Origin: an uncultured Actinomycetes bacterium
GTDB lineage: Bacteria; Actinomycetota; Thermoleophilia; Gaiellales; Gaiellaceae
Reading direction: 5' to 3'
DNA: 64,000 nucleotides
Assembly: GCA_963848725.1 (NCBI GenBank)
Contig: CAWKEV010000010.1
Location: 550-64,549, forward strand
Below, piece after piece: positions 8,446-17,609 of the stretch (position 1 is the stretch's first letter; every line of letters begins with the position of its first letter). The notes under the pieces are model-generated. The model ran no database searches and was not told the DNA's origin. It worked only from the letters and a program-made list of their open reading frames with translations. A program made the translations under genes and the position numbers.

Positions 8446-8922
8446 GTGGTAGCCAGACGCGAGTTCTCGGCGGGCGCCGTGCTCGTGCGGCGGATGCGCG
8501 GTCGCTGGTGGTTCGCCGCCGTTCGACCGCGCGGGAAGCCGCCGGGCACGTGGGCGCTTCCGAAGGGCCTCATTGACCCCGGCGAGCGCGCGGTCGAGGC
8601 CGGACTGCGCGAGGCGGAGGAGGAGACGGGCGTCCACGCGGCGCTCGTCTCGAAGATCGGCGACGTCCGCTACGTCTACACGTGGCGGGGCGATCGCGTG
8701 TTCAAGGTCGTGAGCTTCTTCCTCGCCTGCGCGGCAGGCGGCCGGATCGGAGAGCTTCCCGCCGGGATGGAGATCGAGATCGCAGAGGCGCGCTGGCTTC
8801 CACTCGCCGAGGCGACGGACCGGCTCGCGTACAAAGGTGAGCGGGAGACGGCCGCGAAGGCGCTCGAACTGCTCGGCACCGCAGGCTCGGGCGGGGGCCT
8901 GGCTGGACCCGACCCCCTATGA
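8446..8922 (+). CDS. NUDIX hydrolase
   Basis: Nudix box GLIDPGERAVEAGLREAEEETGV (G-x5-E-x7-REuxEExGu). Confidence 0.88.
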   Translation: MVARREFSAGAVLVRRMRGRWWFAAVRPRGKPPGTWALPKGLIDPGERAVEAGLREAEEETGVHAALVSKIGDVRYVYTWRGDRVFKVVSFFLACAAGGRIGELPAGMEIEIAEARWLPLAEATDRLAYKGERETAAKALELLGTAGSGGGLAGPDPL

Positions 8923-9290
8923 TTCGCCGGCCGCCCGTGCCGACGTACGCCCTCAACTTCTACAACCCCGCCGTCGGGGACCAGCTCCGCTCGAACCGCA
9001 AGACGGCGACGATCCGACTCGGCGACAAGTCGCCGAAGTATCGGAAGGGCATGATCGTCACCGTCCTCTGCGGAGCGCGCTACGGCCTTCGCGAGCGCGT
9101 CTTCGACGCCGTCATCGACAAGATCGAGGTCAAGCGGCTCGGAGACGTCTCCCCGCGGGAGATCGAGCACGACAACCCGGAGCTCCGGCGCGCCGAGGAG
9201 TTCGCGCGCTTCCTGAGCCAGCTCTACAACCGCGACGTGACCGAAGACGACATCGTCACGGTGATCCGCTTCTCCCAGATCTCGGGCTGA
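8919..9290 (+). CDS. ASCH-domain protein
   Basis: 123 aa with an ASCH-like pattern (RSNRKTATIRLGD...VIDKIEVKRLGDVSPREIEHDN). ATGA overlap with the Nudix gene. Confidence 0.6.
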   Translation: MIRRPPVPTYALNFYNPAVGDQLRSNRKTATIRLGDKSPKYRKGMIVTVLCGARYGLRERVFDAVIDKIEVKRLGDVSPREIEHDNPELRRAEEFARFLSQLYNRDVTEDDIVTVIRFSQISG

Positions 9291-9345
9291 CGCGCCGCGC
9301 CGTGCGAGCGGCTCGAGACGAGGGCGAGCGCGAGCGGATGCCTCG

Positions 9346-10242
9346 ATGAGCAAAGCCGCGATCCGCACCGAGCGGTTGACGAAGGACTACGGCTCGGGGC
9401 GCGGGGTCTTCGAGCTCGACCTCGAGGTCAAAACGGGCGAGATCGTCGGCTTCCTCGGCCCCAACGGAGCCGGAAAGAGCACGACAATGCGGATGCTCCT
9501 CGGGCTCGCCGCTCCCACTTCCGGCAGCGCGACCCTGCTGGGGCTCGACAGCGGCCGCGATGGGATCGCGATTCGGCGGCGAGTTGGCTACCTGGCAGGC
9601 GACTTCGGCATCTACCCGCAGCTCACGGGGGCGGCCGTGCTCGAGTACTTCGCTCGCCTGCACGGGAAGGTCTCGCGCACGAGGCTCGCCGAGCTCGCGG
9701 AGCGTTTCGACGCCGAGCTCGACCGCCCGGTGCGTGAGCTCTCGAGCGGGAACCGCCAGAAGATCGGGCTCGTCCAGGCGTTCATGCACGACCCGGAGCT
9801 GCTCATCCTCGACGAGCCGATCGCCGGGCTCGACCCGCTGGTCCAGCGGAGCTTCCACGAGCTTCTCGGGACCGTTCGCGCCGAGGGCCGAACCGTGCTC
9901 CTGTCCTCGCACACGCTCTCGGAGGTCGACCGGGTCGCGGATCGCGTGGCCATCCTGCGCGCTGGGCGGCTCGTCGTCGTCGACACGCTCACGCACCTGA
10001 AGGCGCTGGCCGTACGCCGGCTCGAGCTCGAGTTCGCGCATCCGCCGGACCCGACCGAGTTCCGCTCACTCGAGGGCGTGCGGGAGGCCGAGACGCACGG
10101 GACCCACCTGCGGATCGCCTTCGAAGGCTCCGCGGACGCCATCGTGAAGGCGGCCGCCCAGCACGAGGTCACGGGCATCCGATCGGTCGAGGACGACCTC
10201 GAGGACGTCTTCCTCCGCTACTACCGAGACGAAGAAGCGTGA
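9346..10242 (+). CDS. ABC transporter ATP-binding protein (ABC-2/DrrA-like)
   Basis: Walker A GPNGAGKST, signature LSSGNRQK, Walker B LLILDEP. Confidence 0.93.
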   Translation: MSKAAIRTERLTKDYGSGRGVFELDLEVKTGEIVGFLGPNGAGKSTTMRMLLGLAAPTSGSATLLGLDSGRDGIAIRRRVGYLAGDFGIYPQLTGAAVLEYFARLHGKVSRTRLAELAERFDAELDRPVRELSSGNRQKIGLVQAFMHDPELLILDEPIAGLDPLVQRSFHELLGTVRAEGRTVLLSSHTLSEVDRVADRVAILRAGRLVVVDTLTHLKALAVRRLELEFAHPPDPTEFRSLEGVREAETHGTHLRIAFEGSADAIVKAAAQHEVTGIRSVEDDLEDVFLRYYRDEEA

Positions 10243-11021
10243 GCCGAGCGATCTTCCTCACCGAGTTGCGGCTCCGGTCGCGGAACGTGGCGCTCGCGGC
10301 ACTCGGCCTCGCCCTGGTCGCGCTGCTCGTCGGTGCCCTCTACCCGTCGCTCGGCCACGCGGTGGGGAAGATCGACGTGCCGAGCGGCATCGGCAATTTC
10401 ATCGGCGGCGGCGACTTCACGACCATCGCCGGGTGGCTCAGGGCCGAGATCATGGCCGTCTACGGCCCGCTCGTGGTCGCGGGCATCGCCATCACGACCG
10501 CGGCCGCGACAACCGCGGGTGAGGAGGAAAGCGGCATCTTCGCCCTCGTTCTCGCTCACCCCGTCTCGCGCACGAGGCTCCTGCTCGCGAAGGCCGCCGC
10601 CGTCGGGCTGTTGCTCGCCATGCTCGCGGTCGTGCTCTTCGGGGGCCTGGTCGCCTCCGTCGCGATCGCAGGCGGCGGCATCGGGGCGGGCGATCTCGCG
10701 GCCGTCTCCGTCCACCTCCTGTTCTTCGGCCTCACGTTCGGAGCGCTGGCGCTCGCGCTCGGAGCGGGGACCGGCCGACGCGGCCTCGCGGGGGGAGGCG
10801 CCGCGGCGATCGCGTTCGTCATGTTCGTCCTGAACGGGGTCGCTCCGCTCCTGGGCTCGGTCTCGTGGATCCGGTACCTGACCGCGTTCCACTACTACGA
10901 GGGCGCCGACCCGATCACGCGAGGGATCCACCCGGCCGGGATCGCGGTCCTCGCCGCGCTCACCTTGGGGCTGGTCGCAGTCGGCGCGATCGGCTTCGAT
11001 CGGCGCGACCTCCGGGCCTGA
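10239..11021 (+). CDS. ABC-2 type transporter permease
   Basis: 260 aa with about 6 predicted hydrophobic helices. 4-nt overlap with the ATPase gene. Confidence 0.8.
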   Translation: MSRAIFLTELRLRSRNVALAALGLALVALLVGALYPSLGHAVGKIDVPSGIGNFIGGGDFTTIAGWLRAEIMAVYGPLVVAGIAITTAAATTAGEEESGIFALVLAHPVSRTRLLLAKAAAVGLLLAMLAVVLFGGLVASVAIAGGGIGAGDLAAVSVHLLFFGLTFGALALALGAGTGRRGLAGGGAAAIAFVMFVLNGVAPLLGSVSWIRYLTAFHYYEGADPITRGIHPAGIAVLAALTLGLVAVGAIGFDRRDLRA

Positions 11022-11036
11022 CCGGCCGCCCCTCGC

Positions 11037-11417
11037 TCAGCGACCCGGCTTGCGGATCGCCGTCCCGAAGAGCTCGGGTGACCGCACGGCGGCGCCGCAC
11101 TCCTCGCACTCCACCGCGAACGCCGACGCGATCGGCGCCTGGCAGACAGGGCAGCGGTGGCGGAGCTCGCCACCGCAGTCGGGGCACTCCGCGAGGAGCT
11201 CCGTCTCGTGCTCGAGGAAGTAGCGCTGCGTGAACCCGCACGTGAGGCAGAACGCCACCCAGTCACCGAGCGTCTTCCGCCGCTCCTCCTGGATCCAGTT
11301 CCGCCTGACGGGGGCCACGCGGCCACTGTAGCCCCCTCGGCCGGCTTCGTTCAGGTGGGCCAAGACGGCGAGCACGCGTCGATGGTCGGAGTCCGAGAGC
11401 ACGCTCACGCCGTACAC
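11037..11417 (-). CDS. Hypothetical zinc-ribbon protein (four CxxC pairs)
   Basis: 126 aa with CLTC, CPDC, CPVC and CEEC in the C-terminal 70 aa. No family recognised. Confidence 0.55.
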   Translation of the reverse strand: MYGVSVLSDSDHRRVLAVLAHLNEAGRGGYSGRVAPVRRNWIQEERRKTLGDWVAFCLTCGFTQRYFLEHETELLAECPDCGGELRHRCPVCQAPIASAFAVECEECGAAVRSPELFGTAIRKPGR

Positions 11418-11546
11418 GCTACGACCGGCCGGAGCGCGACGCCATGCGGCGAGCGCCCGTCTCGCGTATGGCTGTCCACACCCCCGGATCGACGGACGCG
11501 ATCGTTAGAGTGGTCTGCGACCCGCCGGACGACTGGAGAACACCGC

Positions 11547-12590
11547 ATGGCCGTACGCGAAGCCGAGCCCGTCGGCTCGCTCCAGGAGGTGAAGGAGGCC
11601 GGCCTCGATCGCGAGGACCTGCTCGGCATCTACCGCAACCTGCTGATCACGCGCGGCATCGAGGAGCGCGGGCACATCCTCTACAAGCAGGGGAAGATCC
11701 CGGGCTCCTTCTACACAGGCCGCGGGAACGAGGCGGCCGCCGTGGGCGTCGCGACGGCGATGGGCCCGAACGACGTGGGCACGCCGCTCCACCGCGATAT
11801 GGGCGTCCACATCACCCGCGGCGTCGAGCCGTGGCGCATCTTCGCCCAGTACATGGGCCGCGAGGACGGGCCGACGCGGGGCCGCGACGGGAACGTGCAC
11901 ATGGCCGTCCCCGAGCTCGGGCTCCACCCGATGGTGAGCCACCTGCCCGCGATGCTCCCGGTCGCGACCGGGATGGCGCTCGCGTTCAAGATCCGCGGCG
12001 ACCGCCGCGTCGCGGTCGGCTGGTTCGGCGAAGGAGCGGCGGCGCGCGGGGACGCGCACGAGAGCATGAACTTCGGCGGCGTCCGGCAACTCCCGATCGT
12101 CTACGTCTGCGACAACAACCAGTGGGCGTATTCGACACCGACGTACCTCGGCTACGCAGTCGAGCACATCGCCGACCGCGCCGCCGCCTACGGGTTCGAC
12201 GGGGTCGTCGTCGACGGCACCGACGTCCTCGCCGTCTACCGCGAGGCGAAGCGGGCGATCGAGCGCGCGCGCGAAGGCGGCGGGCCGACCCTCCTCGAGT
12301 GCCTGACGCTGCGCATGGAGGGCCACGCGGTGCACGACGACGCGTTCTACGTCCCGAAGGAGATGTTCGAGCAGTGGGCCGAGCACGACCCGATCGAGCG
12401 CTATCGCGTCTGGCTCCACGCGCAGGCGGGCATGACCGAGGACGAGGAGGACGACATCACGTCGAGCGTCAAGCGCCTGCTCAACGAGGCGCTCGAGCGG
12501 GCCGAGGAGTCGCCGCTCCCCGATCCCGCAGGGCTCGAGGCCGGCGTCTTCGCCACGCCCGAGGAGCTCGACACCCCCCACCACAAGTAG
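11547..12590 (+). CDS. 2-oxoacid (pyruvate or branched-chain) dehydrogenase E1 component, alpha subunit, TPP-dependent
   Basis: ATG at 11547 after GGAGAA. YRNLLITRGIEERGHILYKQGKIPGSFYTGRGNEAAAVG...CDNNQWAYSTP...RMEGHAVHDD. Confidence 0.92.
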   Translation: MAVREAEPVGSLQEVKEAGLDREDLLGIYRNLLITRGIEERGHILYKQGKIPGSFYTGRGNEAAAVGVATAMGPNDVGTPLHRDMGVHITRGVEPWRIFAQYMGREDGPTRGRDGNVHMAVPELGLHPMVSHLPAMLPVATGMALAFKIRGDRRVAVGWFGEGAAARGDAHESMNFGGVRQLPIVYVCDNNQWAYSTPTYLGYAVEHIADRAAAYGFDGVVVDGTDVLAVYREAKRAIERAREGGGPTLLECLTLRMEGHAVHDDAFYVPKEMFEQWAEHDPIERYRVWLHAQAGMTEDEEDDITSSVKRLLNEALERAEESPLPDPAGLEAGVFATPEELDTPHHK

Positions 12591-12592
12591 CC

Positions 12593-13567
12593 ATGGCCGA
12601 GATGACGTACATCCAGGCGATCTCGGACGCGCTCCGGCTCGAGATGCGGCGCGACCCGCGCGTGTTCCTCCTCGGAGAGGACGTCGGCGTCTACGGAGGC
12701 GCCTTCAAGGTCTCGCTCGGTTTCCAGGAGGAGTTCGGCCCGTGGCGCGTGATCGACACGCCGCTCTCGGAGACGGCGATCGTGGGAGGTGCGTCGGGGG
12801 CCGCGCTCATGGGCCTCCGGCCCGTGGCGGAGATGCAGTTCGCCGACTTCATCTCGTGCGCGTGGGACCAGCTCGTGACGGTCGCCGCCAAGCAGCACTT
12901 CCGGGGCCGTACCCCGGTGCCCATCGTGGTCCGCCTCCCGTCGGGCGGCGGCTTCTCGGGTGGGCCGTTCCACTCCCAGAACCCGGAGAGCTCGTTCGCG
13001 CACATCCCCGGGCTCAAGGTCGTCTGTCCGTCGACGCCGCACGACGCGAAGGGGCTCCTGGCGTCCGCGATCGAGGACCCGAACCCCGTCCTCTACTTCG
13101 AGCACAAGCACCTGTACCGCCGGATCAAGGGCGAGGTGCCGGACGAGCGGTACACGATCCCGTTCGGCGACGCGCGCGTGCACCGCGAAGGGGACGACGC
13201 GGTCGTCGTGACCTGGGGCGCGATGGTGCACACCGCGGGCGAGGCCGCCGACGAGCTCGCGAAGGAGGGCTTCGAGGTCGAGGTCCTCGACCTCCGCACC
13301 GTGATCCCGTGGGACCGGGAGCACGTGCTCGAGAGCGTCCGCCGCTGCTCCAAGGTGCTCGTCCTGCACGAGGACACGCGCACGGGGGGCTTCGGCGCCG
13401 AGATCGCGGCGACGATCGCCGAGGAGGCCTTCGAGCACCTGGACGCGCCCGTCATGCGCGTCGCCGCTCCGGACACGCCCGTTCCCTTCTCTCCCGCGCT
13501 CGAGAAGGCGTTCCTCCCGCAGGTCGAGGACGTCGTCAGCGCGCTCGGGGAGTTGGCCGCCTACTAG
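12593..13567 (+). CDS. 2-oxoacid dehydrogenase E1 component, beta subunit
   Basis: MTYIQAISDALRLEMRRDPRVFLLGEDVGVYGGAFKVS...VIDTPLSE...; starts 2 nt after the E1alpha stop. Confidence 0.93.
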   Translation: MAEMTYIQAISDALRLEMRRDPRVFLLGEDVGVYGGAFKVSLGFQEEFGPWRVIDTPLSETAIVGGASGAALMGLRPVAEMQFADFISCAWDQLVTVAAKQHFRGRTPVPIVVRLPSGGGFSGGPFHSQNPESSFAHIPGLKVVCPSTPHDAKGLLASAIEDPNPVLYFEHKHLYRRIKGEVPDERYTIPFGDARVHREGDDAVVVTWGAMVHTAGEAADELAKEGFEVEVLDLRTVIPWDREHVLESVRRCSKVLVLHEDTRTGGFGAEIAATIAEEAFEHLDAPVMRVAAPDTPVPFSPALEKAFLPQVEDVVSALGELAAY

Positions 13568-13599
13568 GCGAGGCGCAGCCCCGCCGTCGAGGAGGACAT

Positions 13600-15189
13600 G
13601 TGAGCACCGGAACCCAGACCGAGGTCGTCATGCCCCAGATGGGCGTGTCCGTCTCCGAGGGGACGATCACGAAGTGGCTGAAGCAGCCGGGCGAGCCGAT
13701 CGCGCGCGACGAGCCGCTCCTCGAGATCTCGACGGACAAGGTCGACACCGAGGTGCCGAGCCCAGGAGAGGGCGTCGTCTTGCAGATCCTCGTTCCCGAA
13801 GGGGAGACGGTCGACGTCGGGACGGTGCTCGCGATCATCGCCCCTGCAGGCACGTCCGTCGGCGAGCCGGCTCCTGCCGAACCCGCCGCCCCCGCCGCGC
13901 CGGTCGTTCCGGAGCCTGCCGCTCCAGCCACGCCGATGCCGGACCCTGCGGCCGAGCCGCAACCCGTAGCCGCCGAGGCCCCCGCTCCGACACCTGCCGC
14001 GGCTCCGGCGCCCGCGGCCGTCGTCGCTCCCGAGGCTGCGCTCAGCAACGGGAAGACATTCGTCTCGCCGGTCGTCGCGCGCATCGCGGCCGAGCACGGT
14101 GTCGATCCGACTGCGGTCCCGGGGACCGGTGCCGGCGGGCGAGTGACGAAGAAGGACATCCTGGCCTTCATCGAGACGGGCGCAACAGCCGCCGTCCCCG
14201 TACACGCCGCACCCGCGGCCCCGGCGCCCGCTCCGGTGGAGCCCCCGACTCCTCCGACACTCGCTCCCGCGGCCGTAGCGGCGGCGCCTCCCGAGCCCGT
14301 GCCGGCAGCGGCGCCGGAATCAGCTCCATTAGCAGCCGAGCCGGCCACGCCACCTGCCGCTCCTCCCACTCCTCCCGCTCCTCCCACTCCTCCGCCCGCC
14401 GCGGCGCCCGCTCCGGCTGCGGCTCACACTCCGGCTCCGGCTCCGGTAGCAGCCGCCGGTGCCGAGAGCGCGATCTCGGCCGGCGAGAGGATCGAGCCGA
14501 TGACCGCGATGCGCCGAGGCGTCATGGAGCACATGCGCCGCTCGCTCGACACGAGCGCGCACGTCACGAGCGCCATCGAGGTCGACCTGGCACGCGTGGT
14601 CGCGCTCCGGAACAAGCTCAAGCCGGAGCTCCAGACGCAAGGGGTGAACCTCACCTACCTCGGCTTCATCGCCAGGGCGTCGGTCGACACGCTGCAGGAC
14701 TACCCCTGGGTGAACGGCGAGATCCGCGGCCAGAGCATCGTCACACGGCAGTTCGTCAACCTCGGCATCGCCGTGGCACTCGACGAGGGCAAGGGCCTCA
14801 TCGTCCCGGTCATCCACAACGCGCAGGACCTGAACCTCACCGGTCTCGCACGCGCGATCCAGGACATCGCCGAGCGAGCACGCACGAAGAAGCTGCTCCC
14901 CGACGACGTGCAGGGCGGGTCGTTCACCATCACGAACCCGGGCAGCTTCGGCACCTTCCACGGGACGCCGATCATCAACCAGCCGCAGTCCGCGATCCTC
15001 GGAACCTACGCGCTCGTCAAGCGGCCGTGGGTCGTGCAGGACGAGCTCGGCTCGGACGTGATCGCGATCCGGCCGATCATGAACCTGACGCTCACGTACG
15101 ACCACCGCATCGTCGACGGCGCCTACGCGGGTCTCTTCCTCCACGATCTCCGTTCTCGGCTCGAGAGCTGGGACGAGACCGCGTACTAG
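13600..15189 (+). CDS. Dihydrolipoamide acyltransferase (E2)
   Basis: GTG at 13600 after GGAGGA. One lipoyl domain (LEISTDKVDTEVPSP), a subunit-binding domain (SPVVARIAAEHGVDPTAVPGTGAGGRVTKKDI) and a catalytic domain with DHRIVDG. Very long Ala/Pro linkers. Confidence 0.93.
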   Translation: MSTGTQTEVVMPQMGVSVSEGTITKWLKQPGEPIARDEPLLEISTDKVDTEVPSPGEGVVLQILVPEGETVDVGTVLAIIAPAGTSVGEPAPAEPAAPAAPVVPEPAAPATPMPDPAAEPQPVAAEAPAPTPAAAPAPAAVVAPEAALSNGKTFVSPVVARIAAEHGVDPTAVPGTGAGGRVTKKDILAFIETGATAAVPVHAAPAAPAPAPVEPPTPPTLAPAAVAAAPPEPVPAAAPESAPLAAEPATPPAAPPTPPAPPTPPPAAAPAPAAAHTPAPAPVAAAGAESAISAGERIEPMTAMRRGVMEHMRRSLDTSAHVTSAIEVDLARVVALRNKLKPELQTQGVNLTYLGFIARASVDTLQDYPWVNGEIRGQSIVTRQFVNLGIAVALDEGKGLIVPVIHNAQDLNLTGLARAIQDIAERARTKKLLPDDVQGGSFTITNPGSFGTFHGTPIINQPQSAILGTYALVKRPWVVQDELGSDVIAIRPIMNLTLTYDHRIVDGAYAGLFLHDLRSRLESWDETAY

Positions 15190-15196
15190 AGGCGGC

Positions 15197-15613
15197 ATGC
15201 CGCAGCGGATCGTCCCGTTCATCGGCTACGAGGACGCGGCGAGCGCGATCGCGTGGCTCGAGCAGGCGTTCGGGTTCAGCGAGGACCGCGACGCGCGGTA
15301 CGAGGAGGACGGCACGATCACGCATGCCGAGCTCGACCTGGACGGAGCGAGGATCTACCTGTCCACGCCCCTGGACTACGTGAGCCCGCGCCGGTTGCGC
15401 GAGGAGACGGAGCTCGCGCGCCGCGCATACGACAACCCCTGGGTGATCGACGGGCACTTCGTCGAGGTCGACGATCTCGGCGAGCACCACCGCCGAGCCG
15501 TCGCCGCGGGAGCGACGATCCTCCGCGAGCCCGAGGAGCCGGGCACGGGCTACCGGATCTACGCCGCGGAGGATCCCGAGGGACATCGCTGGATGTTCGG
15601 GGAGAAGCTGTGA
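15197..15613 (+). CDS. VOC (glyoxalase/bleomycin-resistance, PhnB-like) family protein
   Basis: 138 aa. IVPFIGYEDAASAIAWLEQAFGF...YRIYAAEDPEGHRWMF. Confidence 0.75.
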   Translation: MPQRIVPFIGYEDAASAIAWLEQAFGFSEDRDARYEEDGTITHAELDLDGARIYLSTPLDYVSPRRLREETELARRAYDNPWVIDGHFVEVDDLGEHHRRAVAAGATILREPEEPGTGYRIYAAEDPEGHRWMFGEKL

Positions 15614-16335
15614 GCCGCGGCGCATACCTCATGGATCTCGGCCTCGTGCCCTACGGCGAGGCGTTCGCTCTGCAGCGCTCCCTCGCGGGAGCCGTGTCGC
15701 AGGGCGCGATCCCGGAGACGGTGATCCTGCTCGAGCATCCGCCCGTGGTGACGCTCGGGCGCCGCACGGAGACGGACCGGGAGCTCCACGTGCCCGAGAG
15801 CGCCGACGTCGAGATCGCGGAGACCGACCGCGGCGGCAAGTCGACGTTCCACGGACCGGGGCAGCTCGTCTGCTACCCGATCCTCGACCTCCACGGTCAC
15901 GGCAAGGACGTGAAGCTCTACGTCCGGAACCTCGAGGAAGCGCTCATCCGGACGCTCGCCGCGTTCGACCTCGAAGGCATCCGGATCGACGGCCTGACCG
16001 GAGTCTGGATGCCGCCGGCGCGCGGGCAGGGCCCGCGGAAGATCGCGTCGATCGGAGTGCACGTCTCGCGCTGGGTGACGACGCACGGGTACGCCCTCAA
16101 CGTCGACCTCGACCCGGCGCCGTTCACCGAGTGGATCACCGCCTGCGGGCTCGAGGACGCCGCGTTCACGACGATGACGAACGAGCTCGAGCACCCTGTC
16201 ACGGTCGAGGACGTGCGTCCCGCCGCGATCGCCGCAGTCGGGGAGGTCTTCGACCTCGCGTTCGAAGAGCTCCCGGCCGGCGACGGTCCCGGGCTCTGGC
16301 CGCAGCGCGTCCACGCGTCGCTCGCCGCACAGTGA
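15610..16335 (+). CDS. lipB: Lipoyl(octanoyl) transferase LipB
   Basis: LLEHPPVVTLGRR...TDRGGKSTFHGPGQLVCYPILDL...KIASIGV. The start is GTG 15610 overlapping the upstream stop (alternative ATG 15631). Confidence 0.9.
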   Translation: MSRGAYLMDLGLVPYGEAFALQRSLAGAVSQGAIPETVILLEHPPVVTLGRRTETDRELHVPESADVEIAETDRGGKSTFHGPGQLVCYPILDLHGHGKDVKLYVRNLEEALIRTLAAFDLEGIRIDGLTGVWMPPARGQGPRKIASIGVHVSRWVTTHGYALNVDLDPAPFTEWITACGLEDAAFTTMTNELEHPVTVEDVRPAAIAAVGEVFDLAFEELPAGDGPGLWPQRVHASLAAQ

Positions 16336-16661
16336 GCGTCGAGATCCGCCCGATCCCCCGTCCGGGCTGGGATCCGCTCCCGGGCGAGGGCGTCGTCGGT
16401 GTCGTCGGCCGCGTCCTCGTCCGAGAGGAGGACTTCTTCGTCGCGGAGCTCCGCTTCTCCGAACACGCGACCATCCACGAGCATCCTGGTGCGAACGACA
16501 CGATCGTCGTGTGTCTCGAGGGCGAGGGATTCACGTCGGTCGCCGGCGACATGGCGCTGCTCCGGGAAGGCGAGCAAGTGCGGTGGCCGCGAGGCATCCC
16601 GCACAGGCTCTGGACCGAAGGGTCGACCATGACGACCCTGATGGTCGAACGCTTCGACTGA
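16332..16661 (+). CDS. Cupin-domain protein
   Basis: 109 aa. ATIHEHPGANDTIVVCLEGEG...GIPHRLW. GTGA overlap with the lipB stop. Confidence 0.7.
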   Translation: MSVEIRPIPRPGWDPLPGEGVVGVVGRVLVREEDFFVAELRFSEHATIHEHPGANDTIVVCLEGEGFTSVAGDMALLREGEQVRWPRGIPHRLWTEGSTMTTLMVERFD

Positions 16662-17195
16662 TCAGGACGCCGGGAACTCCGGCGGGCACGCCGTCGGACG
16701 GTCCTCGGCGAACCGCGCGTACGCCTCGCGCGGATCGGAGGTCTCCGTCTCGACGCCCGCGCCGTGCCTGAGCGCGGCTTCGTTCGCCGTGAAGCGGATG
16801 CCACGGCCCTTCGGCCGCGCTCCGACCCCGACCACGAGACACGGCCCGTCGCCGGCGCCGACGAAAACGTGCTCCGTCCACGCAGGACAATGGACGAAGT
16901 CCCACTGCCGAAGCAGCCGCTCCTGGCCCTCGACGATGAGCAGGCACTCGCCCGCGAGAACGAGGAAGTCCTCCTGCGCTCCCTCCCCGTGGTACATGCA
17001 GTTCGGCTCGCCGGGACGCAGGATCCCCATGCCGAACCCGAGCTCCGGGAAGCGCGCGCCGCCCTCGAAGGACGCGTAGACGCCCATCCCGTCGCTCTCG
17101 AACCAACGTGCGTCGCGCGCGTTGAGGACGAACCAGCCGTCGCCCGCTGGACCTGCTCCGTGCTCCCCTCGCTCGAGCTGTGCTTCCGGGGCCAC
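16662..17195 (-). CDS. Cupin-domain protein
   Basis: 177 aa. MYHGEGAQEDFLVLAGECLLIVEGQERLLRQWDFVHCPAWTEHVFVG. Confidence 0.75.
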   Translation of the reverse strand: MAPEAQLERGEHGAGPAGDGWFVLNARDARWFESDGMGVYASFEGGARFPELGFGMGILRPGEPNCMYHGEGAQEDFLVLAGECLLIVEGQERLLRQWDFVHCPAWTEHVFVGAGDGPCLVVGVGARPKGRGIRFTANEAALRHGAGVETETSDPREAYARFAEDRPTACPPEFPAS

Positions 17196-17205
17196 CGATT
17201 CCAGC

Positions 17206-17559
17206 CTACCGGGGCTCCCACGCGTACTCGACGACGTAGCCGTCCGGATCGGCGCACTTGACGCTCACGTACTCCGGCTCGTCCCACTCCTCGACGATCG
17301 CGACGCCGTCGGCGACGAGGCGCCTCCGGAACGCGTGCACGTCCTCCGGGGACGGCGCGTGCACCCCGAAGTGGAGGAACGCCGGCAGGTCGAAGGGCCG
17401 CTCGGCCGGCCCGAGGGCGAGCGAGAAGCCGCTCGCGTCGTAGAGCATGAGCACGTCCCCGTCGTACCGCCGGGCGGGAAGGGCGCCGAAGCCGAAGTAC
17501 GTCTCGTAGAACCGGCGCGAGCGTTCCTGGTCGGTGACGGGGAGCGCGAGGTGCTGCAT
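17206..17559 (-). CDS. VOC/glyoxalase family protein
   Basis: 117 aa. MQHLALPVTDQERSRRFYETYFGF...KCADPDGYVVEY. Confidence 0.8.
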   Translation of the reverse strand: MQHLALPVTDQERSRRFYETYFGFGALPARRYDGDVLMLYDASGFSLALGPAERPFDLPAFLHFGVHAPSPEDVHAFRRRLVADGVAIVEEWDEPEYVSVKCADPDGYVVEYAWEPR

Positions 17560-17609
17560 CCACGGATCATCGCACCGGCTCCGCGGAGTCGATCCTTAGA
17601 CTGACCTCG

